DNA of 64,000 nucleotides. It comes from Myxococcota bacterium (GTDB lineage: Bacteria; Myxococcota_A; UBA9160; SZUA-336). Location: contig JBBDXF010000028.1 in the NCBI GenBank assembly GCA_040902485.1, positions 33,270-97,269 of the forward strand, written 5' to 3'. Positions 63,126 through 64,000 of this stretch are shown piece after piece. Each line of letters opens with the position of its first letter. The first letter of the stretch is position 1. The notes under the pieces are model-generated. The model saw only the letters and a program-made list of their open reading frames with translations. It was not told where the DNA came from and did not search any database. The position numbers and the translations under genes were made by a program.

Positions 63126-64000
63126 GTGAACGTGCTCGTGACCGGCAGCGCCGGCTTCGTCGGCTCGGCGCTGACGCTCGCGCTCCTGGAACGCGGTGAC
63201 GAGGTCGTCGGCGTCGACAGCCTGAACGACTACTACGACGTGAGCCTGAAACAGGCGCGCCTGGCGCGGCACCTGGACCACCTGCGCTACACGCACGTGC
63301 ACGCGGACCTCGCCGACCGCGCCGCGGTCGAGGCCGTGTTCGCGCGCCACCAGCCCCAGCGCGTGGTCAACCTGGCGGCGCAGGCGGGCGTACGCCACGC
63401 GATCGTGAACCCACACATCTACGTGTCGAGCAATCTGACGGGTTTCCTGCACGTGCTGGAGGGCTGCCGGCACCACGGCGTCGAGCACCTGGTCTACGCC
63501 TCGACCAGCTCCGTGTACGGCGCGAACACGCACCTGCCGTTCTCGGTGCACGAGAGCACCGAGCACCCGCTCTCGCTGTACGCGGCCAGCAAGAAGGCCA
63601 ACGAGATGATGGCGCACAGCTACGCGCACCTGTACGGGCTGCCCTGCACGGGCCTGCGCTTCTTCACGGTGTACGGCCCTTGGGGCCGGCCCGACATGGC
63701 GCTGTTCCTGTTCACCAAGTCGATCCTCGCGGACCAGCCGATCCAGGTCTTCAACCACGGCCACCACCGGCGCGACTTCACCTACATCGACGACATCGTC
63801 CTGGGGGTGGTGCGCACGCTCGACCGCGTCGCCGCGCCCGATCCCGAGTGGGACGGCGCGAGCCCCGATCCGGCCCGCAGCCGCGCGCCCTACCGGCTGT
63901 ACAACATCGGCAACCAGAATCCGGTGCCGCTGCTCCGCTACATCGAGGTGCTCGAGGCGTGTCTGGGCAAGAAGGCCCGCATGGAGATGTTGCCGCTGCA
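63126..64000 (+). CDS. NAD-dependent epimerase (UDP-glucuronate 4-epimerase-like), 3' end outside window
   Basis: Absent from the ORF track because it has no stop. Read directly: [47 protein letters not shown]. Confidence 0.92.
   Translation, partial: MNVLVTGSAGFVGSALTLALLERGDEVVGVDSLNDYYDVSLKQARLARHLDHLRYTHVHADLADRAAVEAVFARHQPQRVVNLAAQAGVRHAIVNPHIYVSSNLTGFLHVLEGCRHHGVEHLVYASTSSVYGANTHLPFSVHESTEHPLSLYAASKKANEMMAHSYAHLYGLPCTGLRFFTVYGPWGRPDMALFLFTKSILADQPIQVFNHGHHRRDFTYIDDIVLGVVRTLDRVAAPDPEWDGASPDPARSRAPYRLYNIGNQNPVPLLRYIEVLEACLGKKARMEMLPL

Overview
A very GC-rich, gene-dense bacterial chromosome segment with about 66 CDS, counting partial genes and pseudogenes. I see no rRNA, tRNA, CRISPR array, transposase or prophage. 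Gene content (sigma-54 enhancer-binding regulators, Wzy-type EPS export, rpsP-khpA-rimM-trmD-rplS, dockerin-like Cys-rich exported protein) suggests a Myxococcota/deltaproteobacterium-like organism; this is inference only. Layout: 1-12.4 kb holds ribB, a 3D-domain lipoprotein, hemY/hemE, a 3-methyladenine glycosylase, catabolic enzymes, two LLM oxidoreductases, LysR and a B12 radical SAM enzyme. 12.4-20.7 kb is an accessory zone with DoxX, a di-haem cytochrome c and several deletion- or frameshift-broken genes. 20.7-34 kb holds lipid-metabolism genes, an FGE-domain exported protein, galK and three HtrA proteases. 34-47 kb is housekeeping (thiSGE, alr, purD, tsaC, DUF721/DciA, rpsP operon, yraN, rsmI, ligA). 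47-64 kb is a sigma-54-controlled exopolysaccharide locus that runs off the right edge. Most notable: (i) an apparently ATPase-dead, membrane-anchored SMC/YhaN-like protein coupled to rplS; (ii) a 159-bp fold-back MITE-like element between duplicated CTAG sites that each supply a stop codon; (iii) many probable leaderless genes; (iv) two near-identical sigma-54 promoters with two paralogous activators; (v) a cluster of decaying genes. All calls come from reading motifs by eye; no database searches were run.
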